Program-made: the position numbers and the translations under genes
Notes under the pieces: generated by a model
Seen by the model: the letters and a program-made list of their open reading frames with translations, nothing else
Told to the model about the DNA's origin: nothing
The model's database searches: none
NCBI GenBank assembly: GCA_048886685.1
Contig: JBHLKM010000002.1
Location: 135,532 to 199,531, forward strand
Reading direction: 5' to 3'
From: Candidatus Hodarchaeota archaeon
Lineage (GTDB): Archaea; Asgardarchaeota; Lokiarchaeia; Sigyniarchaeales; SOKP01
Length of the DNA stretch: 64,000 nt
Part shown: piece after piece, positions 19,707 through 29,352 of the stretch
Layout: the number at the start of each line of letters is the position of its first letter
Numbering within the stretch: the stretch's first letter is position 1

Positions 19707-20993
19707 ATGCGGATAAGAGCAATCACTAACGGGCAAATAATCCCTTTTTTGTATAAAAATGAAACGATCTTAACTTTCATGCAAGATAATCTTGTCAATT
19801 TTTCCAATTTAAATAATGAGCTAATTAGTGCCTTCGAAGATATTGGAGTACAGGTTCAAACTAAGAGACTTTGCTCTCAACCTATTTTTAGTTATGATAA
19901 TAAATTATTCTATGAAAAAAATTTAAAAGAAACTTTAATTGATATAAAAGACCAATTAAAATTTCTACAAGATATATTTAAAGACTATGGATTTGATTAT
20001 TTTGCATGCTGTATAATGCTTACGCACCAGCTTCCAGAACTAGGTATCTTTGAAAGACTTTTATTAAATGAAGTTCCAACTTTTATTAAAAATACCGATA
20101 ATCTCTTTACATCTTTACCGGTAGCATCTACTCGAGATGGATTAAATATATCAGCCATAAAATCTGGTGCTCAAATAATAAAGCAATTATCTGAACCAGA
20201 TCCGTTTAAAAATCTAAATTTTTGTGTATCTGCCAATGTAGGACCTAACTTCCCATTTTTTCCAGCAGCATATCATTTTTCAGATAAGCCGGCATTTTCT
20301 CTTGCATTAGAAATGGCAGATGAAGTAATAGAAGCAATCGAAAGATCAAATGGTTTAAAAGAAGCACAGTTTAATTTATTATCGAAGTTTAATCAAATTT
20401 ATGATGATATTACGAGAATTGGTGAGAGGGCAGGACGAGATTTCGACATAGAATTTAAAGGAATTGACTTTTCTCCTGCTCCTTTTCCAGAAGTTGATAA
20501 AAGTATAGGGACAGCAATAGAAAAGTTGGGTATTGAATACTTTGGAGCTATTGGAACCCTCACTGGAGTTGCTTTAATAAAGAATTCAATGCCAATTGAT
20601 AAAGAGAAAGTTATTGGATTTTCAGGTTTTTTTCAACCTATTTTAGAAGATTTTATTTTATCAAAAAGATTGTCTGAAAATAAATTTAACTTAGATTCTC
20701 TTCTATTATATGCTACTATGTGTGGTGCAGGATTAGATGTTGTTCCCTTACCTGGGGATATTACTGAGCAGGAACTGTTTTATATATTATTAGATCTATG
20801 TACAATTTCAGTTAGACTGAATAAACCATTGACAGCTCGTTTAATGCCGATACCTGGAAGAGGTGTAGGTGATGAAGTTGAATTCGATTTTGAATATTTT
20901 GCACCTTCAAGAATCATTGATTTTAGAAGATTAACTGGTAAAAAAAAGAACGATCTATTCAATAAAAGTGACAAATTTTTTAAATTTCTGTAA
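19707..20993 (+). CDS. DUF711 family protein
   Basis: MRIRAIT start, PFFPAAYH, GIDFSPAP, GFSGFFQPILED, CGAGLDVVPLPGD, KPLTARLMPIPG. Confidence 0.8.
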   Translation: MRIRAITNGQIIPFLYKNETILTFMQDNLVNFSNLNNELISAFEDIGVQVQTKRLCSQPIFSYDNKLFYEKNLKETLIDIKDQLKFLQDIFKDYGFDYFACCIMLTHQLPELGIFERLLLNEVPTFIKNTDNLFTSLPVASTRDGLNISAIKSGAQIIKQLSEPDPFKNLNFCVSANVGPNFPFFPAAYHFSDKPAFSLALEMADEVIEAIERSNGLKEAQFNLLSKFNQIYDDITRIGERAGRDFDIEFKGIDFSPAPFPEVDKSIGTAIEKLGIEYFGAIGTLTGVALIKNSMPIDKEKVIGFSGFFQPILEDFILSKRLSENKFNLDSLLLYATMCGAGLDVVPLPGDITEQELFYILLDLCTISVRLNKPLTARLMPIPGRGVGDEVEFDFEYFAPSRIIDFRRLTGKKKNDLFNKSDKFFKFL

Positions 20994-21040
20994 TAAAATT
21001 TTTTTGGATGGTATGATTACTTCTTATTTGAAGAGAAACA

Positions 21041-21487
21041 ATGAAAGAGAAGGATAAAAACAAGAATTTATTATTTTTTAACGAAGCAATAGAATATTTT
21101 GATAAATTCACTACTCAAGATATTCTATCAAATGAAACTGTTAGTGAGAATAATTATAATACTAATTTTCTAAGAGACGCAATGCTAAATGAATTAGATA
21201 ATTTAAAAACTTTAATTGAAAGCAATCCAGATTTAAAATTGGAAGCTTTATCAGAGGTAGAAAAACAAAAATTTCAAAAATTTATCAAGTTTTATTCTCT
21301 CTGTCCTATTTGCGGCGGATTTAATCATTATTTTAACTTGAAACAATTATTTTTTGATAAAAGTAAAAAGAATCTTATAGAAACATTAATAAAATTCATG
21401 AATGTTAAGAATAAGAAATTTAAACGTTATAACCTTAATTTTGGAATACCATGTTGTGATTGCTATCAAAAAATGATGCAAAAATAG
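21041..21487 (+). CDS. Hypothetical zinc-binding protein
   Basis: CPICGG ... GIPCCDCY. Confidence 0.6.
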   Translation: MKEKDKNKNLLFFNEAIEYFDKFTTQDILSNETVSENNYNTNFLRDAMLNELDNLKTLIESNPDLKLEALSEVEKQKFQKFIKFYSLCPICGGFNHYFNLKQLFFDKSKKNLIETLIKFMNVKNKKFKRYNLNFGIPCCDCYQKMMQK

Positions 21488-21501
21488 AAGTAAAAAAAGT
21501 A

Positions 21502-21834
21502 TTATTCTAAATAATCTACTACTTGTCCGCTTTGAGTGATTTCATAAAAAGTTTTATCTTCTTCTTCAACAATTTTAACACAAAAAGCTTTAACAAGGTA
21601 ATCCATATTGTAATTAAATGAGGATTTATTACTTATTACGTTTTCATCTATAAGCATTTCTAACAGTTTTTCTTTAGAAATCTTTTTAATCTTATTAACA
21701 ATTTCTAAAATTTTGCGTCGAACAGGGTGATTCACTGCCTTGAGATATAAAGAATGTAAGTATTTTGTCCCCTCTACTGTTTTACCATAGTCTTCTATTG
21801 ATTCATAGTTTTTAAAATCAAATTCATCAGGCAT
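21502..21834 (-). CDS. Winged-HTH (ArsR-like) protein
   Basis: KAVNHPVRRKILE ... FNYNMDYL ... FYEITQSG. Confidence 0.7.
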   Translation of the reverse strand: MPDEFDFKNYESIEDYGKTVEGTKYLHSLYLKAVNHPVRRKILEIVNKIKKISKEKLLEMLIDENVISNKSSFNYNMDYLVKAFCVKIVEEEDKTFYEITQSGQVVDYLE

Positions 21835-21957
21835 ATTTCTGAAAAAGACCTATGACAATTAAATTTTGCTTTTAAGATGCTTGGTGTTTTTATATATAAT
21901 TTTATAAGGTTTTCTAGGAGTTAAAATAGCAAAAAGTTTAAATAAAGTTGGACAAAT

Positions 21958-22242
21958 ATGGAAAAACCTAAAATCTTAAATGGAGTTAAAATTGAACCAT
22001 TTACAAGCAAGGAAGAAGTAGCGAACAAAATAGAAGACTTATGGAAAAGTAATACTTCAAATGCAGGCAAATTTAAAAATGAACTCAAAAAATTGTCAAT
22101 AAAATTAGAATCTTCTGGAAAAGAAAGGAGAAAAATCTCTTTAAAATTAGAAAGTAGTAATTCTAATATGAAGACGAGTAATTACACTCTTCTATCAGAA
22201 CTTCTGAAAGAATTTTTTAGTGTTGATGATGCTTCATCATAA
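21958..22242 (+). CDS. Hypothetical protein
   Basis: 94-aa ATG-started ORF filling an intergenic gap; no recognised motif. Confidence 0.5.
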   Translation: MEKPKILNGVKIEPFTSKEEVANKIEDLWKSNTSNAGKFKNELKKLSIKLESSGKERRKISLKLESSNSNMKTSNYTLLSELLKEFFSVDDASS

Positions 22243-22391
22243 TTGTTTTGTTTGTTTTATGATTTGAACTGATAAATTATACAAATATTTTTAAAGCTCT
22301 GCAATCTAATTTTGCAGAAAAATATTTTATTATTGGTGTCTTATTTTTCTTTAATTTTTAATAAAGTAAAAATTATTTAGATGATAATAAA

Positions 22392-23453
22392 ATGGATTAT
22401 AATGAAATTAAAAATCTTTTGGGCTCTGAGGCAGACGATCTTTTAAATCACACATGCACAGGAATTCCAAAGGAAATGATTCATGCTCCTGGCCCTGATT
22501 ATATCGAAAGAGTTTTTGAACATACAGACAGAAATAATTTAGTTTTGAATAATTTAGGTCGATTATTTAATCAAACAGGAAGATTAGCTGGAACAGGATA
22601 TCTTTCAATATTACCAGTAGACCAAGGAATAGAACATTCTGCTTCAGCGAGTTTTGCTATCAATCCATCCTATTTTGATCCTGAAAATATCATTAAATTG
22701 GGCATAGATGGGGGATGTAGTGCAGTTGCTTCCACACTTGGAGTATTAGGATCAATGTCAAGGCGTTATGCTCGTAAAATCCCTTTAATAGTTAAAATTA
22801 ACCATAATGAACTTCTTACCAAACCTGAATTATCTGATCAAACGATTTTTGCGAACGTGGACCAAGCATGGGATATGGGTGCTACTGGAATCGGTGCGAC
22901 TATTTATTTTGGTTCTCAGAATTGTAGGCGTCAAATCCAAGAAATAAGTGAAGCTTTTAAATATGCTCATGAATTAGGTCTTGTGTGTATCCTTTGGACC
23001 TATTTAAGAAACACTGAAGAGTTCATTAAAGATGGCAAGGATTATCATACTGCAAATGATTTGGAATCTCAAGCAAATTATTTAGGGGTTACTATTGAAG
23101 CGGATATCATCAAACAGAAATTATCCACTACTAGTAAAGGCTTTCTTGAATTGAATTTTGGCAAAACAGATAAACGTGTATATGAAAAGTTAGCGACTGA
23201 TCATCCAATTGAATGGAACCGATACCAAGTCGCGAACTGTTATATGGGAAGAATAGGGCTGATTAATTCTGGAGGACCTTCTGGTGAGAACGATTTTGTG
23301 GATGCGGTGACTGCTGCTGTAATTAATAAACGTTCAGGTGGGATGGGATTGATTCTTGGTCGTAAAGCCTTTAAAAAACCTACCCCCGAAGGCATTAAAA
23401 TATTGAATGCTGTACAAGACGTCTATTTATCTAAAGAAATTACATTAGCATAA
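22392..23453 (+). CDS. fbaB: Class I fructose-bisphosphate aldolase (FbaB/DhnA type)
   Basis: [28 protein letters not shown] Schiff-base Lys region, [16 protein letters not shown]. Confidence 0.93.
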   Translation: MDYNEIKNLLGSEADDLLNHTCTGIPKEMIHAPGPDYIERVFEHTDRNNLVLNNLGRLFNQTGRLAGTGYLSILPVDQGIEHSASASFAINPSYFDPENIIKLGIDGGCSAVASTLGVLGSMSRRYARKIPLIVKINHNELLTKPELSDQTIFANVDQAWDMGATGIGATIYFGSQNCRRQIQEISEAFKYAHELGLVCILWTYLRNTEEFIKDGKDYHTANDLESQANYLGVTIEADIIKQKLSTTSKGFLELNFGKTDKRVYEKLATDHPIEWNRYQVANCYMGRIGLINSGGPSGENDFVDAVTAAVINKRSGGMGLILGRKAFKKPTPEGIKILNAVQDVYLSKEITLA

Positions 23454-23607
23454 GAATTCATTTTCACCTTTTTTTTTAATAATTGTAGGTCTTAAAACAA
23501 AACTAAAAGGTATTATTATAAATTCTTATAAACAAAAGGTTCTTCTTTTTTAATAGCGAGAATTATATAATTTCATTATGTAAAAATACCAATTAAACGA
23601 AAAATTT

Positions 23608-23635
23608 AACTCGTCTAATATATCTTAGACGTTTA
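23608..23635. other. dif-like palindrome (11-6-11), possible tyrosine-recombinase site or operator
   Basis: AACTCGTCTAA-TATATC-TTAGACGTTTA; perfect 7-bp inverted repeat around a 6-bp spacer. Confidence 0.35.
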
Positions 23636-23656
23636 TTTTTAAATTAGAACATATAA

Positions 23657-25525
23657 GTGGAGATACTTAATATGAATCTTTCAGAACAATTATATAGAAC
23701 ATTTGAGCTTATGAATGAAGGAAAGGAAGAGAAAGCATGGCAAATAATAGCTAAATGGGAAAAATCAGAACATCTCACCCAAGAAGAAAATCACATCTAC
23801 AAGATGTTTAAAGCATTTATTCTTTTCCTTACGGGAGATTTAGCGGAAAGCCTTAAAATAGTAGAAGAACATTATCAGCACAGTAAAATTCAGCAAAATA
23901 TGGTAAATGCATTTGATGCTCTTATACTTAAATCTAATATTTTATATTTGCGTTCTAATATAGCAGAGATGGGGGAAAGTGTCATGCAATCTAAGAGAAT
24001 GCTTAAATCAGTGCTACAGGAGTCGAATGGATTGGATTTTGAATGGAGAAAAGCATATATTTGGCTCATGATGGGTTATTATTTATATAATATAAATGAA
24101 TTTGACAAAGCTTTAAAATATCTTAACAAGAGCCTTATTATTTTTGAAAGAAATGATATTTTCTCTGGAGTTTTACCTTTTCCTTTATCTGCTTTAGGGG
24201 TCGTATACACAGGAAAAGGAGAATTAGATTTAGCATTAAAATTTCATATAGAGAGTCTAGGTCATTCTAAAGGAGACTATATGGTAATAAATATAGTTAA
24301 TGCAACCTCTTATCAAAACATGGGGGAAATATATTTTCAGAAAGGAGAGCTAGAGCATGCAATTGAGTATTATGAAAAAAGTGTAAAAATTTGGGAACAA
24401 TTCACATTTCCAATAGCAGTTTTCTATGTGGGTGTCAATTACGATAGTTTAATAAAAGTTTCTCTCTATAAAGATACTCCTGAGCGAGCACAAGAATATT
24501 TAGACCGATTAATGGACTATCTAAAAAAAAGAAAAATAGATGAAAATTTTTATTGGTATAAACTTGGAAAAGTAAGGATAATGGTATCAAGTTCTCGTAC
24601 ACGGGAACAAGCCGAAGCCGAAAAGATTCTAAAAGAATTTATAACGTATCATGATGCTTTAATAAAATCGGGCGCATTTACTACTCCGATAGAATTTGGA
24701 GCTGGCATCTGGTATTTGCTAATTTGTGATATATATCTCAGAGAATTACGTTTAACCAACGATTTAACAATATTAGATGATATCAAACCATTTATAACAA
24801 GACTTCTTAAAGAATTAGAACATACTAATTCTTATACATTACAAGTTCAAACTTATTTACTTCATGGGAAAATTTCATTACTTAGTATGAATATGGGGGA
24901 TGCTCGTCAATATTTAACTCAAGCTCAACGTATTGCTGAGAAACATAGTCTTCAACTATTAGCTCGAGAAATTTCAGCTGAACATGATAAACTTCTAGAG
25001 CAATTGGGTGAATGGGAAAATCTTAAGAGGAAAAAGGCATCAATCACAGAAAGAATGAACTTAGCTTCATTAGATATTACTATGGATCGCATACAGGGAA
25101 GGCGCGCAATAGAGCCACCTGAGCTAGTTGATGAGAAGCCTATTTTACTTTTAATTATAGGACAAGACGGGATTTCATATTTCAATCATTCATTTATAGA
25201 GAATTGGGATTTTAATGACCTTTTCAGTTCCTTCATGTCAGCATTTAACACCTTCAGTGCAGAAATCTTCTCAGAATCAATTGATCGTATTAAAATAGGA
25301 GAGAATGTAATTCTTATTAAACCGATTGAACCGTTTTTAGTGTGTTATGTAATTAAGGGACAATCCTATCCTGCGCTTTTGAAATTAACTCGTTTCTCGG
25401 ATGCTTTAAAATGGAAATCAGAAATCTGGGAAGCTCTAAATAAAGCTGTTAAAACAAGCGAGATGTTAGGCTTAAATAATCCCTCCTCTCTGGGAGAAAT
25501 AGTTAATGAGATTTTCATCTTATAG
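23657..25525 (+). CDS. TPR-repeat protein with C-terminal longin/roadblock-like domain
   Basis: TPR motifs (ALGVVYTGKGELDLALKFH, NMGEIYFQKGELEHAIEYYEKS); C-terminal LLLIIGQDG...FSSFMSAFNTFSAEIF..SIDRIK. Confidence 0.75.
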   Translation: MEILNMNLSEQLYRTFELMNEGKEEKAWQIIAKWEKSEHLTQEENHIYKMFKAFILFLTGDLAESLKIVEEHYQHSKIQQNMVNAFDALILKSNILYLRSNIAEMGESVMQSKRMLKSVLQESNGLDFEWRKAYIWLMMGYYLYNINEFDKALKYLNKSLIIFERNDIFSGVLPFPLSALGVVYTGKGELDLALKFHIESLGHSKGDYMVINIVNATSYQNMGEIYFQKGELEHAIEYYEKSVKIWEQFTFPIAVFYVGVNYDSLIKVSLYKDTPERAQEYLDRLMDYLKKRKIDENFYWYKLGKVRIMVSSSRTREQAEAEKILKEFITYHDALIKSGAFTTPIEFGAGIWYLLICDIYLRELRLTNDLTILDDIKPFITRLLKELEHTNSYTLQVQTYLLHGKISLLSMNMGDARQYLTQAQRIAEKHSLQLLAREISAEHDKLLEQLGEWENLKRKKASITERMNLASLDITMDRIQGRRAIEPPELVDEKPILLLIIGQDGISYFNHSFIENWDFNDLFSSFMSAFNTFSAEIFSESIDRIKIGENVILIKPIEPFLVCYVIKGQSYPALLKLTRFSDALKWKSEIWEALNKAVKTSEMLGLNNPSSLGEIVNEIFIL

Positions 25526-25628
25526 TTAAGATTAATTGATTTTATATAATACTATTCTTATTTAAATTAAAATTAAAAGGATGTATTTCATTAATATTCC
25601 TAAAAGATAATTTTTTAAATGTATAAAA

Positions 25629-26228
25629 ATGCGAAGAGAGAGGAATTTTAGACCTGATCCTAACTTAAATCCTTATAAAGTAAAAAAATCACCAACCACT
25701 GCTAGAAAAGCTTTTATTGATTTTAATACACAACGAGTTTGTCCTGCATGTGGAAAAGCAATAAAAATATCTCATAATTTTTGTAAGTATTGTGGAGTTG
25801 ACCTTAGTGCGATTGAACCTATAGGTAATTCTGACGAGATCTCAAAACAATTAGCAATAACAGCTGTTACCGATCCTGATCCTGAAGTTAGAAAAGAAGC
25901 AGTGGATACCTTAGGGGAATTTGGGGAAACTAAAGTATTAGGCGTTCTCACATTTGTCTTATTAAATGATCCAGATGAAAATGTGAGAATGGAAGCGTGT
26001 GATGAATTAGGCGATCTCCATCATCCATATAGTTTAGATGCGTTAGCAATGGCACTTAAAGATGAAAGCGCATTAGTCAGAAAGGAAGCAATAGAGGGGT
26101 TAAAAAAGATTAAAAAAAAGACAAAACCAAAGAAAATGGATGAGGGTAAAGCGGAAAGTAGAGAAACTAAGGAAGAAATGCAAAAACAAGAAGAAAAATC
26201 AGAACAAAGTAATACTGATTCGTTTTAA
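25629..26228 (+). CDS. Zinc-ribbon + HEAT-repeat protein
   Basis: CPACG..FCKYCG; three DPDxxVRxEA HEAT (PBS-lyase-like) repeats. Confidence 0.8.
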   Translation: MRRERNFRPDPNLNPYKVKKSPTTARKAFIDFNTQRVCPACGKAIKISHNFCKYCGVDLSAIEPIGNSDEISKQLAITAVTDPDPEVRKEAVDTLGEFGETKVLGVLTFVLLNDPDENVRMEACDELGDLHHPYSLDALAMALKDESALVRKEAIEGLKKIKKKTKPKKMDEGKAESRETKEEMQKQEEKSEQSNTDSF

Positions 26229-26273
26229 ATAATATATTATTTTTTCCTATATTTTTCCTTTTTAAACCCGATT

Positions 26274-27434
26274 TTAATCATCATTTCTAGGAATTTTAGG
26301 CAATTTTCTTCGACCACTTGTTTTATTCTCAGTAGATTTCTCTAAAATTTTTATTATTTCAGCTTTTCTTGCATTATTAGGTAAGTCGATTTTGTGTTCA
26401 TGGGCATAACTCTTGAGATCTTTTACAGTCATAGAATTAAAATCCACCTTTTCTGTGGGTGTAGGCTTTACTTGGGTTTTATCCATTGATGCTGGTTTTG
26501 CTGGCATTGAAGTTAAAGAGGATGATCCTGTTGTCGATTTTGTAGTGGTCATCTTCTTTGGAGTACTCTTTGGTGCTCCTACTTTTTCTAATATCTCCAC
26601 GGCTTCTACTATACCTTTTTTTTCATTAAAATAAACCCTTATAACATGATTATCCAATTCAATCATATCTTTTGGGATTTTTTTAACAGGTTCCCACTCA
26701 GTTTCTTCAACTTCATCTCCGAAGACTTTAGCTGTTTTTGAAACTGCTGCTAAAAGAGTATGGCCTAAAATTAGATTTAATCTTTTATGACTATCAGAAA
26801 TCTCTATTTTTAGAATTTTATCTTTAATATTATCTTGGTCTTCTTTTGAGAGGGCGGAGGGGGTCCTAGTAATAGGTTGCGTTGGATATTGAGATCTAGG
26901 TCTCGGTTTGGGAAGAGTTGTAGATTTAGGGGCATTAGATAGAAAGGAAAATTTAACTATATCGCTGCTAGTATCTTGTAGAGCAGGAGAAAAATAGTCT
27001 TCTTCTTTTGTTTCAGTCACCTTTGGAACAACATCAGTAATAACTACCTCGTTCATTCTATCCCGTTCTATGTTCCGAACGTATCGCATATCTGGCAACC
27101 GTTCAGTCACTTCCATGGATTCTAATTGAAAAGCATTTAAAAATTCTGTAGGTTCATCACCGGCATCTACAGAAACAATTTTACAGCGATGATACCTCGC
27201 ATCCTTTCTCAATTCCTCTTGGAGTTCTTGAGCTACTCTAGAACTAATAAATCTTTTTCGAACAGGGGATTTTGGTCCTTTCCAAATGAAAATTCTTCTT
27301 AAATCTTCACGTACTATTACAAGGACTTGTTCAGGATGCAGATTGGATTGAAGTTCTTCTTCAGTTATACCTATTCTATTCTTTTCTCCGGAATCATCAA
27401 GTTCATAAACCATGAATGTTTCATATTCAGTCAT
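26274..27434 (-). CDS. Single gelsolin-domain protein with C-terminal Rho-N/HeH-like helical domain
   Basis: VLVIVREDLRRIFIWKGPKS...SVDAGDEPTEFL gelsolin repeat; DFNSMTVKDLKSYA...RKAEIIKIL helix-extension-helix. Confidence 0.75.
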   Translation of the reverse strand: MTEYETFMVYELDDSGEKNRIGITEEELQSNLHPEQVLVIVREDLRRIFIWKGPKSPVRKRFISSRVAQELQEELRKDARYHRCKIVSVDAGDEPTEFLNAFQLESMEVTERLPDMRYVRNIERDRMNEVVITDVVPKVTETKEEDYFSPALQDTSSDIVKFSFLSNAPKSTTLPKPRPRSQYPTQPITRTPSALSKEDQDNIKDKILKIEISDSHKRLNLILGHTLLAAVSKTAKVFGDEVEETEWEPVKKIPKDMIELDNHVIRVYFNEKKGIVEAVEILEKVGAPKSTPKKMTTTKSTTGSSSLTSMPAKPASMDKTQVKPTPTEKVDFNSMTVKDLKSYAHEHKIDLPNNARKAEIIKILEKSTENKTSGRRKLPKIPRNDD

Positions 27435-27664
27435 TTTTCTATAATGTGGATATCATTTGGTATTATTTATAAGTTTAATTAGTAGATGGAAATTTTGTTA
27501 AATCTATTTGAAATTTCTTTTCAAATGAGTTAATTTAAAGAAAATATAAATTACATTTATAAAAATTTAGCGAAAAAATAAAATTAGTAATTATGATATA
27601 GATTGATTTTAATGAATTTTTGGAGATTAAACCATTTTAATTATGAAAAAAAAGATGGAATTAA

Positions 27665-28405
27665 TTAATAATCATGCAGAACATTATCAATAGAGAGGAT
27701 AAATCCAAGTAAGATCCGTCTATCAGTTTCATTATCTAGTATTCTCAATGCGTATGTATCCTTAAAATCTAATAATCCGCCAAGAAAAATATCTCTCCAC
27801 CTATCAGCTTTCTCAATTTCTGCAATTAAATTCCCTGACATATCTGTAACTTTATACGACCACCCCATAAATTTTCCTTGTGCTTCGAAGTATCTTTTGC
27901 CATTAACATCTTCCAAGAAAAATTTTGGACGGAAAACAGAAGTTATTTTTTTCTTAATTCGTGCTATCATATTTCCATAAGGGTCTTTTAAATCCTGTGC
28001 ACCCCGAGCTGATACAATCTTTGAGTGAATAGTAGCAGCTATAGTGCCATCTAACTCAAGTAATTCGACTCTGCGTCTTATACTTAAGATAACTCTTCTC
28101 ATTTTCCCAATAACTTGATTGTTTTCATCTAAAATGTCGCCAGAACCCCAATCCCAATATTTTTAAAGAATTCAGACGAGTTGTCGGGATTTTTCTTTAA
28201 GGATATAATAATTGCGATTGAGATCGAATAATCCACCTGGGCGATCGTATGGCTCAAAACCCAATGTTGTTACTGGTCTGGCTGTTGCAACTGTAGTGAC
28301 AACCTCTCTCTGTCTAGGTGCAGAGGAGACTGGTGAACCACACTTTTCACAGAAGTTTTGAGTTTCGGGATCTTTAATTTCCGCTCCACAATCTTTACAA
28401 TACAT
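27665..28405 (-). CDS. Zinc-ribbon + LURP-one/scramblase (Tubby-C-like) protein, split by a 30-nt intron (exons 28405-28193 and 28162-27665; 236 aa spliced)
   Basis: ORFs 28172..28405 and 27665..28102 are in the same frame; removing 28163-28192 gives YYILKEKYWDWGSGDILDENNQVIGKMRRVILSIRRRVEL, a LURP-one-like first repeat; C-terminal KDTYALRI...ILLGFILSID. Confidence 0.8.
28163..28192 (-). other. Predicted 30-nt BHB mRNA intron in the scramblase-like gene
   Basis: AAAUCCCGACAACUCGUCUGAAUUCUUUAA; central helix AAAG/CUUU, bulges AA^A and AA^A, inner stem with 7 of 9 positions paired, loop AACUC; contains in-frame UGA and UAA. Confidence 0.75.
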
Positions 28406-28555
28406 TTGATCATCTCATGTTAATTTATTTATGGTAAAAATGGTAACTTATTTTAATAAAGTTTAGGGAAACCAATATTTATTATAATCCTTATCAAAAT
28501 ATTTTAATTAAGTAAGGTTTATTTAATATTAATATTATACAGTGAAGAAAAGAGA

Positions 28556-29323
28556 ATGTCAAGTATTAAGATTCCACAGCTGTTAAAACTAAAAGATTAC
28601 ATAACTCTTATAGGGACAAGTCTTGGAATAATAGCTTTAGTTTGCGCATGTATGGGTACTCGTGCCACACTATCCTTAGGATTTTTTCTAATTTCTATCT
28701 CAACAGGTACAGATATGATCGATGGCTATATTGCCCGTAAAACAAATACGATGAATCAGATGGGTAAAGAGCTAGATTCTTTAAGTGATTCGTTAACATT
28801 CGGTATCGCACCGGCACTTTTAACTTACCAAAGTTTTAAAACTGATACGTTATTTGACATTATTCTAATAATTGGATCAATTTGTTTTGCTATTGGAGCA
28901 ATACTTAGATTAGCGCGATTTAATATCTCTGAAGTTCCTGGATACACAGGAGTGCCTACCCCTATTAGTGCTTTACTCCTAATTGTATATTTCTATGCTA
29001 ATTACTTTTATGCTTTTGGAATGGGGGGCATCACATACCCTTTTCCAGAATTTGCTTCATACTTAATCCCTTTCATTATGATAATGATCTCTTGGTTTAA
29101 TATTACTGTATATATCAATTTCGGTGAAAAAGATAAAACTATTTATATCATTTTTCTAATTATTGCCCCATTATGCCCAATTTTTGGCATTATTGGAATT
29201 TTAAATCCTAATTTCTTAATTTCAATGATAGTTTCAGGTTTCTTTTTAATTTCTTTTTTATTTGCTCTTATTTTTATCCTTCGAGGATTCTATTTATATA
29301 TTTCAAAAAAAAGAAAATATTAA
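28556..29323 (+). CDS. pssA: CDP-alcohol phosphatidyltransferase (archaetidylserine/phosphatidylserine synthase type)
   Basis: DMIDGYIARKTNTMNQMGKELDSLSDSLTFGIAP motif; LRLARFN; GVPTP. Confidence 0.85.
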   Translation: MSSIKIPQLLKLKDYITLIGTSLGIIALVCACMGTRATLSLGFFLISISTGTDMIDGYIARKTNTMNQMGKELDSLSDSLTFGIAPALLTYQSFKTDTLFDIILIIGSICFAIGAILRLARFNISEVPGYTGVPTPISALLLIVYFYANYFYAFGMGGITYPFPEFASYLIPFIMIMISWFNITVYINFGEKDKTIYIIFLIIAPLCPIFGIIGILNPNFLISMIVSGFFLISFLFALIFILRGFYLYISKKRKY

Positions 29324-29352
29324 TGTCTAAAAGACAAGATAAGAAAAATTTC

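Noticed and set aside
28163-28174. Selenocysteine or stop-codon readthrough to explain the split scramblase-like gene
   Set aside because: The UGA is followed three codons later by UAA, the purA insert has UAA only, and readthrough would not restore the PurA Asp
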